Assembly (NCBI GenBank): GCA_025558095.1
Contig: JAIVFI010000029.1
Location: 1 to 64,000 of the forward strand
Source: Hyaloraphidium curvatum SAG 235-1
Lineage: Eukaryota > Fungi > Monoblepharomycota
DNA: 64,000 nucleotides
Direction: 5' to 3'
Made by a program: the position numbers and the translations under genes. Each line of letters starts with the position of its first letter. Position 1 is the first letter of the stretch. Below are positions 24,034-35,757 of the stretch, piece after piece. Below the pieces are notes generated by a model. The model did no database searches. It saw only the letters and a list, made by a program, of their open reading frames with translations, and had not been told where the DNA came from.

Positions 24034-24999
24034 TCAAGAGTGGAAGCCACACGATCCCTTGTCCTCCCCGGGCACGCAGGACGCCTTGTGCTTCGGCCAG
24101 TGAGCCTTCTGGCATTCGGTGGAGCAGTATTTCACCGACTGGCACCTCCCGCAGCGCTGCATCCCGCGGCCCCGATCGGTAGATGAGGAAAAGCAGACCG
24201 CACAGAAGCTTCCCTCGGCGAAACCCTTCGGGTCGTTCCCAGCCCGCCGCTTGGCCTCCGCGGACGCCGTCGCTCGGCGCGCAGGTGAGTCGCAGTGAGG
24301 GAAGATGTCCGCGATCCATCGCTCCTTCAGATCCGGGCGGGGCGGGGCCTCGGTGACGGCGAGGTAGTACGAGCAGGCCTTTCTGCCGCACGAAAAGCAG
24401 GGCCAATCGCGGATCCCATGTGTGCGCAAGATCCAGATTTCCGATTGAACGGAGGACAATGCATGGCTCTTCGGCGTCATCGTCGTGGTGCCGAACTGGA
24501 ATACGTCGAGCTGGCGGCTCAGCGTGCAGGCCGCGCCCGAATCCGACCAGACGGAAACCTTGGCGAGCTCGAACGTGGCTTCCGAGGTCGAGACGGAAGG
24601 TTTCTTCCGCTCTCTCACATCCTTTTTCTCCATTTCCCGGATGGTGGAGACCACCGCATTGTTGCAAAGATCCGAGGCGCAGCGCGCCATGCCCACTGCC
24701 GTGATCCTGTGCGGCCAAATGCGGGAGGCAGGCGCCGGATCCAGCGATGCCGCCATCGGAACGTCGACTGCGCGCGTGCCGCATACGAAGCACTTCCAGC
24801 GTCGGGAGTCCACCGCTTCGTGTTTGAAAGCCCGCACGGCTGGGAGGTCTAGAAGTGCCGAGCTGGAGGCCGATGCTCTCTCCAAGGCGTCGGCCGGAAG
24901 AGTGAGCTTGCGCTCCAAGACCGGCGGGATGTCCGGTTCCTGCAGCATGACGGAAAGGACGACGACGCACTCCTCCATTGCTGAGCTGGCGTTCCCCAT
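24034..24999 (-). CDS. MYND zinc-finger family protein
   Basis: CAVC...QRCGRCQSVKYCSTECQKAHWPKHK; paralog of 14415-15323. Confidence 0.88.
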   Translation of the reverse strand: MGNASSAMEECVVVLSVMLQEPDIPPVLERKLTLPADALERASASSSALLDLPAVRAFKHEAVDSRRWKCFVCGTRAVDVPMAASLDPAPASRIWPHRITAVGMARCASDLCNNAVVSTIREMEKKDVRERKKPSVSTSEATFELAKVSVWSDSGAACTLSRQLDVFQFGTTTMTPKSHALSSVQSEIWILRTHGIRDWPCFSCGRKACSYYLAVTEAPPRPDLKERWIADIFPHCDSPARRATASAEAKRRAGNDPKGFAEGSFCAVCFSSSTDRGRGMQRCGRCQSVKYCSTECQKAHWPKHKASCVPGEDKGSCGFHS

Positions 25000-25793
25000 C
25001 GCGGCGGCTCTGCCTTCGCCGTGCCTGCCCGTCGGTGCACGCGGAGCCCGGAACGAGAGAAAGAAAGAGCAAAGTGTTAGGTCGCGGCTACGGACGGAGA
25101 CACGGTGGGCTGCGGCTTTTCCGCGTTGCTTGCGAGCGATTCGGTCGCAGCCGAGCGCCGGGACGGGTTGCAGAACGCTCGACAAAAATGAAGATCTACG
25201 GCATCAGACATTTCTGTTCGCCATCGAACAGATTGTACACGATGGAAATGGAGGAGCCTGTCTGCTCGAAAGCTGTTGTGCCGAGTTCGACATCTAAGCA
25301 CGGCCACGGTGGGACAGCGGATGTCCCTGCAGGTGCATGCACAGCCTACCGGCCGTTTTTGGGCATGAGGAAGCGATGTCGGGCTCCAATGTTGCTGGCT
25401 TCTGTTCGGTGTTTCGATCGCGCCTGCGGCCGTGGGAGACGTTCGTTCACCACGCACCGGAACCGAGGGGGACCCATGTCGGGCTTCGTCGACCACTTCC
25501 CCAGCATGATAGAGCTCAAGGATTCTCCTGTCACGCTTCGGAGTAGTCGTGAATGCGTGGTTTGCGGACTGTGGCGGGGTGATGTCATTGGGGGGCGTTT
25601 CGGAAACGTCGATAGAAGTGTGCCAATGTTCTCCGACCGCAAGGCCAGGTTCCCAGGAACACGGCCTGGGGGACAGCCCGCATTAAAGCGACACACAGCG
25701 CCCGTCCTTCCCTCCAGCAGCTAGCCTTTCGTGCTATCCACCCGAGCAGGGCCCCTCCGAGAACCAGCCCTCGACCCGCCGCGCGCCCCTGCC

Positions 25794-27589
25794 ATGCTCT
25801 CCCTCCCCGTGCTCGCCGCGCTCGGCGTCGGCGGCGTTTTTCTCCTCGTTGAGCTTTATCGCCGCGTGTTCCTCGACTTTGGCGACGACGACACAGTCAT
25901 GACCGTGCTCGAAGTCTTGTGCGTTCCTCCCGCCGCGGCAACGCCCGGCCCGGAATCCGACCGCCTATCCCCCCTTCCAGCGGCGTCAACCGCCCCGACT
26001 TCAAGAACCTGGACAAGCTCTTCGGCTGCGACAACGAGTACGTGATCAAGGCCCGCGCGCAGGGCAAGCGCGTCGTGCGGTTCGTCAGCATCTTCCAGCC
26101 GTGGCGCCGCACCGTGGTCATCGCGGACCCGAACCTGCTGCGCGAGGTCATGGTGGGAAAAGATTGGACCAAGTTCGAGGTTCGAGGAACGTCGTACAAA
26201 ACGACGAAGCCGTACTGACCGAGCTCCCGGTGCAGAGGATCCACCCGAACTTCGAGTACCTCAAGGACTTTGCAAACATGGCGGTGATGCCCAACGGCAA
26301 GGAGTGGCGCGAGACCCGGAGCCTCTTCGACAAGGCCTTCAGCACCTCGGCCGTCCGGAGCTATGTCCCGATCGTGAACAACATGCGCGACACCTTCATC
26401 GGAGAGCTCGAGAAAGAGTCCCGTTCCCCCGCGAACCGCAAGGACGGCTTCGACATCCAGGAGCTGCTGTCCAAATTCACCTTCGACGTCATCCTGCGGC
26501 TCGCGTTCGGCAGGGACGAGGACTGCCAGCGCACGCAGAGGGGCCACCGGTTCTACGAGGCCTGGCTCAAGTGGTGCGTCGTCTGCGCCGGCTCCCGCGC
26601 CTTCGCACGCGCTGACTTGGGCTCCCGCCGCCGGCAGGGGCCAGTCCTGCATGCCACTCGTCCTCATGAACTTCCTCATCCACCAATCCGCCTGGAAGGT
26701 CATCGGCGGCCCCTTCCTCAAGGTCTTCAACGAGTGCAGGGCGATCATCTGGGGCCTCGTGGACGAGAACGTAGAGCGCATCCGCAGCGGCGCCGACAAG
26801 GGCACCTGGTCGATCATGGGGACGGTGCTGGAGGACGAGAGCAAGCTGCCCGAGTACATCCGCAAGGATGAGACGGGGGACGAGCTCCGCAAGCAGGCCA
26901 CGACGATCCTGTTTGCCGGGCAGGACACGGTGGGTGACCGCGGCCGCCGCGTCCCTCCCCTCTCGTCTGACGCGCGGGGGCCGCAGACGGCGCACTCGAC
27001 GGCCTTTGCGATGCACTACCTGGCGCAGAACCCCGAATGGCAGGACAAGATCCGCGCCGAGGTCAAGGACCTCGTGCCCCCCGGCGAACACCTCTCGCTC
27101 GAGCAGCTCGAATCGCTGCCTGCGCTCAACGCCGTGATCAAGGAGATCCTCCGCATGCACCCGGTCGCGCCGCAGATCGCCACGCGCGCCATCTTCGAGG
27201 GCTTCACCATGCAGTACGACGACGCCGTCACCTCGGCCCCCCGCAAGGTCGTCTTTTCCGCCGGCGACTACGTGCTCCCCTTCGTCTACGCCGCGCATTT
27301 CGACCAGGCCTTCTGGCGCGACGACGTGCACGAGTTCAACCCGGAGCGCTGGCTCAAGGACCCCGCCGGCGGTTGCTCGCACCTGTACGCCTTTGCGCCC
27401 TTCGGCAACGGCGCGCGGCGGTGCCTTGGGGAGCGGCTGGCCATGGGGGAGATGCGGCTGCTGGTGGCCAGCATCCTCCGCAAGTGGCTCGTGGTGCCGG
27501 GCAACTACGAGTTTGCGGTGCAGCAGATGGGCTCCACGATGCGGTGCAAGTATGGCGTCAACATCAAGCTCGCGGAGCTCAAGGCGTAG
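25794..27589 (+). CDS. Cytochrome P450, multi-exon
   Basis: N-terminal anchor, AGQDT|T, KEILR, PERW and the heme motif FGNGARRCLG. Confidence 0.95.
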
Positions 27590-28271
27590 GGCGGATCGAC
27601 GGCTTGGCATTGGATGAGCGCGTGTATGGTGTCAAGAGTGTACAAGAGACGCCCATCTTTTCCGTCTTCCGGTTCGGGAACTCGCACGCAGCCAGGCGGT
27701 CCAGGTCCTCCGCGGTCTCGACGCCGGCCGCGAGCAGCTCCAGCGAGGATGTGCACGCCGCGACCACGCCCAGCCGCACGGCCAGCGCGCACGTCTCGCG
27801 GGGGAGCACCAGCCGCCGCACCGCGCGGAACTTGCCGGCGCCCAGCGAGTCGCCGGCGAGCGTGCGGAACGCGGCGGGGTCGCGCAGGCCCTTCGGCATC
27901 CGCCAGGCCCGGGCCGCCCAGCCGTCCAGGCAAAGGCAGTAAAGCGCTGCTGTGGGTTGATGCAGCGCATCGGTACGCTCTGGGCGGACGGACGGACCGG
28001 CTCGGATGGACAAGATACACCGGACCTGGTGGCCAACTTCAACCCGCCATCGCATCACTTGGATCAATTATCAATAACCCAAAACCCGAGCGATCTCGGA
28101 CGCAGCAAGTCCTGCGGCTCGGCCGGGAGTCAAGTCTGCCGGCAAAGCCTTCCGGATCCGCGCGCCCGCCACCAAAGCTCCCAATGCCGCCGCCGGCTCC
28201 TTTCGGGAGGAGTTCCGTCCGTTGTCAAGACCCGCCTGCCGGGCGTCCCAATTGCGATCCCCCCCGGGCGA

Positions 28272-28895
28272 TCACTCCGCGCCGAGGATGACGAACCTCC
28301 CCGGCACGCACAGCAGCCTGTAGTCCGCCACGGCGCCCCCGTACGGCCCGCGCCCGTCGTTGGGGTGCCAGTACACCCCGCACGCCTTGCCCGAACCGCT
28401 CGGCACCTCGGTGCCGAAGTATGCCGTGCGCCCGCCGCGCGCGGTGCAGATCGTGCGCGGGTCGGGGAGGTAGCCCTCGGGGCACCGCTCCCCGGGCGCG
28501 ATCCACGCTGCGTCTGCGGCGGCGCCATCGCCGCAGTCGCCTTCCCGGGGGGGCAGGCAGCCGCAGAACCCGCCGGGCACCGCGGCGATGCGGGGCGAAC
28601 CGCCGCGGCGGTGGAAGGCCGCCTCGCATGTCGGCTGCCCGCCCTCGGTCGCCGGGGGGCGCATGGTGCCCTCGAGCAGCGAGCCGTCGTCGGCGCGGAT
28701 GGCGCACAGCTCGCCGCGGGCGCCCCGGGGGGCGTCGGGGTGCAGCACGGGGAGGAGGCCGGCGCGGCGGCACGGGGCCAGGCAGCCCGCGTCGGCGCCG
28801 TGCGGCGGGACGAACACGGCGCGGGGGCGGCTGGCGGCCGCGGGGGCGAGGAGGGCGAGGAAGGAGAGGAGGGCGAGGAGGGCGGGGCGGGGCAT
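28272..28895 (-). CDS. Small secreted Cys-rich protein, tandem copy 1
   Basis: Signal peptide; 11 Cys positions shared with 29210-29824. Confidence 0.8.
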   Translation of the reverse strand: MPRPALLALLSFLALLAPAAASRPRAVFVPPHGADAGCLAPCRRAGLLPVLHPDAPRGARGELCAIRADDGSLLEGTMRPPATEGGQPTCEAAFHRRGGSPRIAAVPGGFCGCLPPREGDCGDGAAADAAWIAPGERCPEGYLPDPRTICTARGGRTAYFGTEVPSGSGKACGVYWHPNDGRGPYGGAVADYRLLCVPGRFVILGAE

Positions 28896-29209
28896 GCTGA
28901 CGGTGCGTGATGTGATGCGGAGCGTTTTGCGCCGGTGCGGCGTCGGCGGGTGCAGCCAGGGCCGCCGGGCGGGGTTCCCTGCGATCGATCAGGCCGCATG
29001 GTCTACTCGTCACGGGCAGGATGGCTGTTGGGAGCAAGAGGGGTAAGGCGGTTATGTATGTCCAACATAGGCACACGTAGCGAGACACGTGGCTCGGAAG
29101 TAAAGAACGCGACGCCCGCCCGACCTCTTTCCAGCAGAAGCAACCGAGAGCAGGCGCGCCGTCCGACGGCCCACGTCCCGGATCCGACCTGCCGCAAGAA
29201 GACCGCCCG

Positions 29210-29824
29210 TCACTCCGCCAGCACGATGAACCTCCCCGGCACGCACAGCATCCGGTACGGCCTCATCGCCGCGCCGTAGGCGTCCCCGTTCTTTGGCTGG
29301 AAGTACACCCCGCACGCGCCCGACCCGCCGCTCTCGGTCTCGGAGCCAAAGTACGCGTTGCGCCCCTGCTTCGCGGTGCAGATGCGGCGGGGGTCGAGGA
29401 TGTATCCCGAGGGGCAGCCGGTGCCGGGCTCTGTCCAGACGAGGTCGGCGTCCGCGTCGTCGCCGCACGAGCCGTCCTTGGGGGGCAGGCAGCCGCACCA
29501 GGCGCCGATGAAGGCTGAGGCGCGGGGCGAGCCGCGGTTGTACCACGCGACCTGGCAGAAGGGCGGGGCGCCGTCGGCGGGCGGGGGGCGCATCGCCCCC
29601 GCGGCGAGGTTGCCGTCGACGGTGTGGGCGCACAGCGAGCCGGAGTCGGGCGAGTCGGGGTTTGTGATGGGCGCGAGGCCGGCGCGGCGGCAGGCGGCGC
29701 GGCAGCCGGGGTCGGACGGGTGCGGTAGGAGGAACAGCGCGCGCGGGCGGGTGGCGGCCGCCGGGCGGGCGACTACGAGGAGGGCGAGCGCGAGGAGGAC
29801 GATGGGGAGGCAGAGGCGGGCCAT
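29210..29824 (-). CDS. Small secreted Cys-rich protein, tandem copy 2
   Basis: Signal peptide MARLCLPIVLLALALL; ends LCVPGRFIVLAE like its neighbour. Confidence 0.8.
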   Translation of the reverse strand: MARLCLPIVLLALALLVVARPAAATRPRALFLLPHPSDPGCRAACRRAGLAPITNPDSPDSGSLCAHTVDGNLAAGAMRPPPADGAPPFCQVAWYNRGSPRASAFIGAWCGCLPPKDGSCGDDADADLVWTEPGTGCPSGYILDPRRICTAKQGRNAYFGSETESGGSGACGVYFQPKNGDAYGAAMRPYRMLCVPGRFIVLAE

Positions 29825-30431
29825 CGCTGCGGGGGGCAGTGGGGGCGGTCTCGGGTGCGGGGCCTCGACGGGTGCCCGGGCGGGTTCGATCGGCCGGCCG
29901 GTCCCCATCAGCACCGGCCGCGATCCCGCCGCTCTCCCACCGGGGACCGCTGTGGAACATCTCAGGATGAAGCAGGATGATGGATGCCGCCGCCGGGCCC
30001 CGGATCCGGCCGGGGCTGTTCAGCCTCCGCTTTGCCGCGGGTCTCTCGGCACCCTCTGGGTCCGGTACCGCCGATCCGGGGCGACAACCGCCGCGATTCC
30101 ATGCCGTCCACCTACCAACCTGTTCTATAGGCCGCTTGTCGATGCCGGATGGGTGCCTGTTCGCCGATCCCCGCGGTCTCCGGGGGGGCGACGGGACCCT
30201 GCCCGGCCCCCGTTCGGGGCGCAGCGCGGAGCAAAGCCGATCCCGTCCCCCAACCGCACCGCCCCGCGCCGCCCCGCGCCCCGCTCAGCAACCACCGCGC
30301 GCCTCAACGCCCGCTTAAACCGCCTCCCGTGCGCCGCCGCGTCGCCCGCAGAGACCGCCGGGAAGCCGACGTCCCGACCCCCAAACACAGACCGGACCCG
30401 TCCCCTCCTCCCCCAGCGACCCGAAAACGCG

Positions 30432-31423
30432 ATGGGCGCCCTCGCGAACCTCAAGAAGAACCTCGGCGCCGCCTCGCCGCGCTCGAAGCTGCTGCTCCCC
30501 GCCATCATCATGGACATCCGTGGGCATTGCACGCCGGCGGACGCTCGCTCGCGCTGACCCGGCCCGCTCCCCGACAAAGTGTTCCTGATCTTCATGGCCG
30601 TCTCCGCCGCCGGCCCGCTGGCAAACAAGGACATCTACTGGGGCAAGTGAGTGTTGCTGGCCTCCCCGTCTCCAGGGACGGCCCGCTGATCCCGGCGCTG
30701 GACAGGTACGCCGACGCCAACATCCCCCAGATCACCTCCCCCGCGGACTTCCTCACGGGGATCTGGGGCAACTGCATCGTCATCTCGGGCGGCCCCCTGG
30801 CCGGCTCGGCGAGTGGGTCCCCTCCCCTGCCCCCGCCAAGACCGGCCCACTGATCTCCCTGCTTTGCCCCACCCGCACCGCCCCCCCACCCCTTCAAAGA
30901 CTGCGCTCAATGGGCCAACTCGCCCGCCTTCGTCCGCGCCTACGGCTCCGCGTACTTCGGCGCCCTCGCGGCCATGCAGGTCCTCGCCGGCTCCGTCGTC
31001 TTTTTCGGCTGCATCATGGTGGCCTTTACCTTCAACCCCGTCCCCTTGCTGGTCTCGGGGATCGCGGCGACGCTGTTTTACGTCCCCAGTGGGTTCCGGC
31101 CCCGTTGCCGCGGGAGATCGTCGTTTGGCTGACAGGGGCGGTGGGGGCGACAGCGTTCTCGATGATGCAGTGGGTCAACACCGACCTCGCCAAGCTCGTC
31201 TCGCCGTACCAGTCCTACTCCAACGGCCCCGCCCTCGGACGTGGGTCCCTCCCCCCGCTTTGCCGGCCCGCGTTGCTGACCGCCCCGTTTGCCGGCAGTC
31301 GGCGCCACCGCGCTCGCGCTGACCTGCCTGTCGCTGGTGCTCAAGGTGCTGGCGATGCGGGCGTCGGCGGAGGACAGGTACCCGGTGACGGAGGAGGCGC
31401 AGGGGATGAAGTCGTACGCGTGA
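30432..31423 (+). CDS. SUR7/PalI/claudin-like membrane protein, copy 3
   Basis: FLIFMAVSAAGPL, IYWG|YA, GIWGNC and YSNGPAL; six exons. Confidence 0.7.
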
Positions 31424-31818
31424 AGCTGGCGCCGCGGCCGGGGTGCGTTCGTGGTAATTTGTACAGCCGGATGGAGGATCCACACGATCGGATTCCGCTC
31501 GACGTGGGCGTCAGCTCCCGTTTGCCCGGGCTCGGGTGCCGATCCGAGGATCCAGATCTGAAGGTTGAAGGGTGCAGTCCGGGCTCTGCGCCCGGTCGGG
31601 GCTTCGCACGAGGGTCCGACCGGCCGCAGATCCCGACGCCCGCGAACACCAAGTACTCCACTTGCTCCCAACACCGCCGCTCCCGCCACCTCCCCGCAAC
31701 ACCTCCCGCCTCTTCCGGCCGCCGCCGCCCCGCAGGTGCGACCCCCCGCGCCGCGCACCGCGGTGTCTCCCTCACCCCTCCGTCGCCCGGGCCGCACGCC
31801 AACCCCCGCAGAAGCAAC

Positions 31819-32775
31819 ATGGGCGCCATGGACAACCTGCGCAACAACCTCGGCGCGTCCAGCACGCGCAGCAAGCTGCTGCTCGTGTGCCTGGTGTGCG
31901 ACGTCCGTGGGTTGCCCTCCCCCCGCGATGGCGGGACCGACACTGATTCGCCCGCCCGGGAAAAGTGTTCCTGATCTTCATGGCGACCTCCGCCGCCGGC
32001 CCGCTGGCGAACCAGAACATCTACTGGGGCAAGTGGGTCCCCCTTGGCTCCCGGGAGCGCGGGATCACGGGCTGATCCCCCCGCGTGACAGGTACGCCAA
32101 CGCCGACATCCCGAGCGTGCAGGCCGACGGAGACGTGCTCACGGGGATCTGGGGCAACTGCATCGTGTTCACCACCGGCGCGCTCTCGGGCACATCGAGT
32201 CGGTGCCCCCAACCTTCCCACCCGCGCGGGGTCTGACCGTCCCCCGCTCCCCGACACAGACTGCGCCCGCTGGATCGACTCCCCCGGCTTCGTCGCCGCC
32301 TACGGCTCCGCCTACTGGAACGGGATCGCCGCCATGCAGGTGCTCGCCGGCTCGTTCGCCTTCTTCGGCTGCGTCATGGTGGCCTTCACCTTCAACCCCG
32401 CCCCCCTGCTGGCGTCCGGGGTCGCGTGCACGCTGACCTACATTCCCTGTGGGTGCCTCTGCGATCTGAAGAGGTAGAGATGGCTGATTGCGCTCCCCGG
32501 GGCAGGCTTCGCCATGATGCAGTGGGCAAACACCGACATGGCGAGGCTGCTCACGCCCTACTCGTCCTACTCCAACGGCCCCGCCCTCGGACGTACGTCT
32601 CCTCCCCTCCATCCTCCGATCGCATCGTTGCTGACCGCCCCCCGTTCGACCAGTCGGCGCCACCGCGCTCGCGCTCACCTGCCTCTCGCTGGTCCTCAAG
32701 GTGCTCTCGACGAGGGCGTCGACGGCGGAGAGGTTCGCGGACGAGCAGGGGCAGCCGATGAAGGCCGTGGTCTAG
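31819..32775 (+). CDS. SUR7/PalI/claudin-like membrane protein, copy 4
   Basis: Close tandem paralog of 30432-31423 with the same intron layout. Confidence 0.7.
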
Positions 32776-33044
32776 GTGTCTCCGGGTGTCGGTCTTGTCG
32801 GACGGCGGGGTGTATATAGGCTGCTTCGTTCGATGTAGTGTCGGAAGCCTTCCCGGGTTTTCCGAATCCATGGCTGGAAGCTCCTCCGAATCGTCCGTTG
32901 CGGCCGTTCGGATGCTTCCGGAGAGAGACAGCCCCGTCGTTTGCGGAGCACGGGTGTACGGTGATCGGATTCCGTCCAGGGGTGTCGTTCGCCCCATCGA
33001 CCCGCTCCGGCGAAGCCGTACGAGCTGCCCCGCCGCTGCCAGCG

Positions 33045-33300
33045 ATGCACGCCTATATTGTCCACAGCCTCCTCAATGCCACGCCTCTGCCTCCGCTGCT
33101 CGCCCGAAAGGCTCTGCGCTGAGTGTCTGAACAACGACGTGAAGCTCGCTCTGGACTGCTGGTACTGGGATCTGGAACGAGTGGAGGGAGGGCAAAGCGA
33201 GCGAGTGCCAGATGATCCGGAAGGCTTTGGACGGGAAGGGTGGAAGGGTGCTGTAAGGCACGACGGCTTGCCCAACGCTATACACGGTCACCACAAGCAA
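33045..33300 (+). pseudogene. Degenerate fragment related to the SEL1-MYND gene at 49670-51586
   Basis: PRLCLRCSPERLCAEC and ALDCW versus PRRCLRCTRERLCSSC and ALDCW. Confidence 0.45.
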
Positions 33301-33373
33301 CTAGATATTGGCGGCTTGGCGACCCGCATGCTACAAGTCATCCAACGGCTACGTTTTCCCGTCCACGACGGCA

Positions 33374-35448
33374 TCACGGCGTAGTTGGCGCGCACAGGCT
33401 CGTGTACGACTGCGGCAGCACCATCCCACGCACCTTGCCCGGCAGCTCGTTGAAGCTGAAAGCCAGAGCCCCTTCGAGGTGCCACCCAATGTGGCAGTGG
33501 GACTGGCGCGGATGCGGCGGTCAGCGGTGAGCAAGGGGGCAACTCCGACGAGGTACCCACGAACCACACCCCGGGGTTGTCCATCACGAGCCTCAGCACC
33601 GCCCACCCGTTGGCCGGCACCGTCACCGTGTCCCTCCGCATCGGGTTCCCCGTCTCGAGCCTGCCCCTCATCGCCTCGGTGAAGTTGCCCGGCCCGGTCC
33701 CGAGGACGAAAAAGGTGTGCCCGTGGATGTGCCACGGGTGCGGCCAGCCGTCCCAGCTCTGGATGATGATCTCCATCGCCTTGCCCATGGGCCCGGGGAG
33801 GGTGTAGGCGGCGTCGGACGCGACGAGGGGGGTGCCCTGCGCGACCTTCTGGAGCAGGCTGGGGGCCGAGGGGACGTACTGCTTGTAGTTGATGCCCCAG
33901 GCCGGGGTGCCGGCCATGAAGAAGGCAAAGGTGTACTTTTGCCGGCCGACGGCGGCGGGGGCGCGCTGGGCGTAGTACGGGCGGAGCGAGTCGGGGACGA
34001 GATCCTTGTACCGCGCCGGGGCCTTGCTGTTGGGGTTGCCCGGAGCGGCCTTCTCGTAGGCCACGATGCCGTAGGTGAAGTTGGGCAGGATCGGGGCCGG
34101 CGAGAAGTAGTACGACTTGTCGACCTGCACGCGCATCCACCACTTGGACGTCGAAGGCTTGTTGGCGGTCACGATGACCGAGTAGCGCTGGGCGATGTCA
34201 ATCCACATGCGGTCAACCGACTGGGCCTTGGTGAAGGTGGCGTCGCCCTGGACGACCTTCATCGAGTGGCCGTCGATGGAGAACCAGTAGGCCGACGAGG
34301 TCGAGGTGTTGATGATGCGGAGCAGGTACTTCTTGCCCTTCGTAAACTTGAACTTGGCCCACTGGAGGTCAGGGAGAAGGGTGTGAGAGAACGATCTCGT
34401 CCTCGATGGCGGCGGAACCCACCGGCGCGTTCGGCTTGCAGGTCATTCCTTTCGGCACGCCCTTGGCACAGTCATACCGGCCGTACCCGTTGATGAGGAT
34501 GGAGTCCGGGTTGGTCGGGTCGCCCTTGGGGCCCCAGGCCGATTGATTGCCCGAGAGCACGTAGGCCTCCTCGGCAGGAATGTGCCACCTGCGGGGCCAT
34601 GATCGGACCACCGTCGTTGCCAGGCATTGGCCAAGACCCACCAGTCGGTGAGGGCGACGACAATTTCCTCGTCATACTGGCCCTTGTACGGGTTCATGGG
34701 GTCCTGGGCGTTGACGATTCCCCACAGGCCTGGCGGGAGAACGATGAGACCGCAGCACGACAATCGACCCCCATTGGGACCCACCGTCAGTGTACTGTGT
34801 CATCAAGTGCGAGTGGAACCAGGTCAGGCCGATTTCGTTGTTGGTCTGGCGCGTCGAGAGTTTGAGGTTGTAGGTGTAGGTCGAGTTGCCCGGGATGGGG
34901 CACTGCGTAATGTACGCCGGCCCGTCGCTGATCTGGAAGCCGGCGTAGTCCATCCCGTGGACGTGTATGGAGGTTGCCGGCCCCGTGGCGCCGTGGAGCG
35001 AGCGCCCGACGGGGCCGCCGAGCGAACGGGGGTTGGCCATGTTGCCGTGGACCTTGGCGCGGATTTCCGAGTACGTCAGGCCGGCCAGCTCGGAGGGGTC
35101 GACGGTCGTTGCCATGGGAGCGTCAGCGGAGCGCTCGATGGCGGCCATGCGCCTCGTGAACTCGGAGGCCTTGAGCGCGTTATCGACGACCAGGGTGACG
35201 CTGTCGCCGAGGGAGCCCGGGAGCACCGCGCCAAACGGACCGCGGAGCGTCTTGACGGAGGTCCATCCGGTGCGCTCGGCGGGCGAGCCGCGCTTGTAGG
35301 ACGCGTCCACGGCAATGATCGACCTCTCCACGCCGTCGGGGTTGAACGCCGCCTGCTTCACGCGGAAGCGCCAGTTCAGCGCGCCGGGGGTGTTGTTGGC
35401 CGCCGCGCCGCCGAGGAGGCAGAGCAGGAGGAGCGCGGCGAGCGCCAT
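33374..35448 (-). CDS. Secreted multicopper oxidase (laccase/ferroxidase-like), multi-exon
   Basis: Signal peptide and all four Cu motifs: SIHVHG, WFHSH, HPWHIHGH and HCHIGWHL. Also ITQCPIP, ILING and NPMRRDT. Confidence 0.93.
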
Positions 35449-35757
35449 CGTGGAATGGGGATACAGGGGATGTAGAGTGGGGGATAGGGGACACACGGCG
35501 AGGGATATTCGCCGCAGGCGGCTTGCACCCGTTGGGTTTTCGCGCCGGTTAGGCCTGCAATACGGCCAGAGTTGGCGTTGGAGGCGCAATCTATCCATCG
35601 CGTTAACATCGTCGGCGCCCGGACCGTCAGTGGCGGCGGCGTGGGGCACCGCCGCGTCCCCCGTTCTGCGCCACAGCCACCTTCGAGGGTCCCACTGCCC
35701 AGGTTCACCTCCTTTCCCATCCGCCAATCCGCAACCGCTATCGCGATGGCCTCACAA

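Noticed and set aside
27579-28067. 162-aa minus-strand ORF as a gene
   Set aside because: It is partly coding-like and may be an F-box/LRR relic, but there is no clear start or diagnostic motif.
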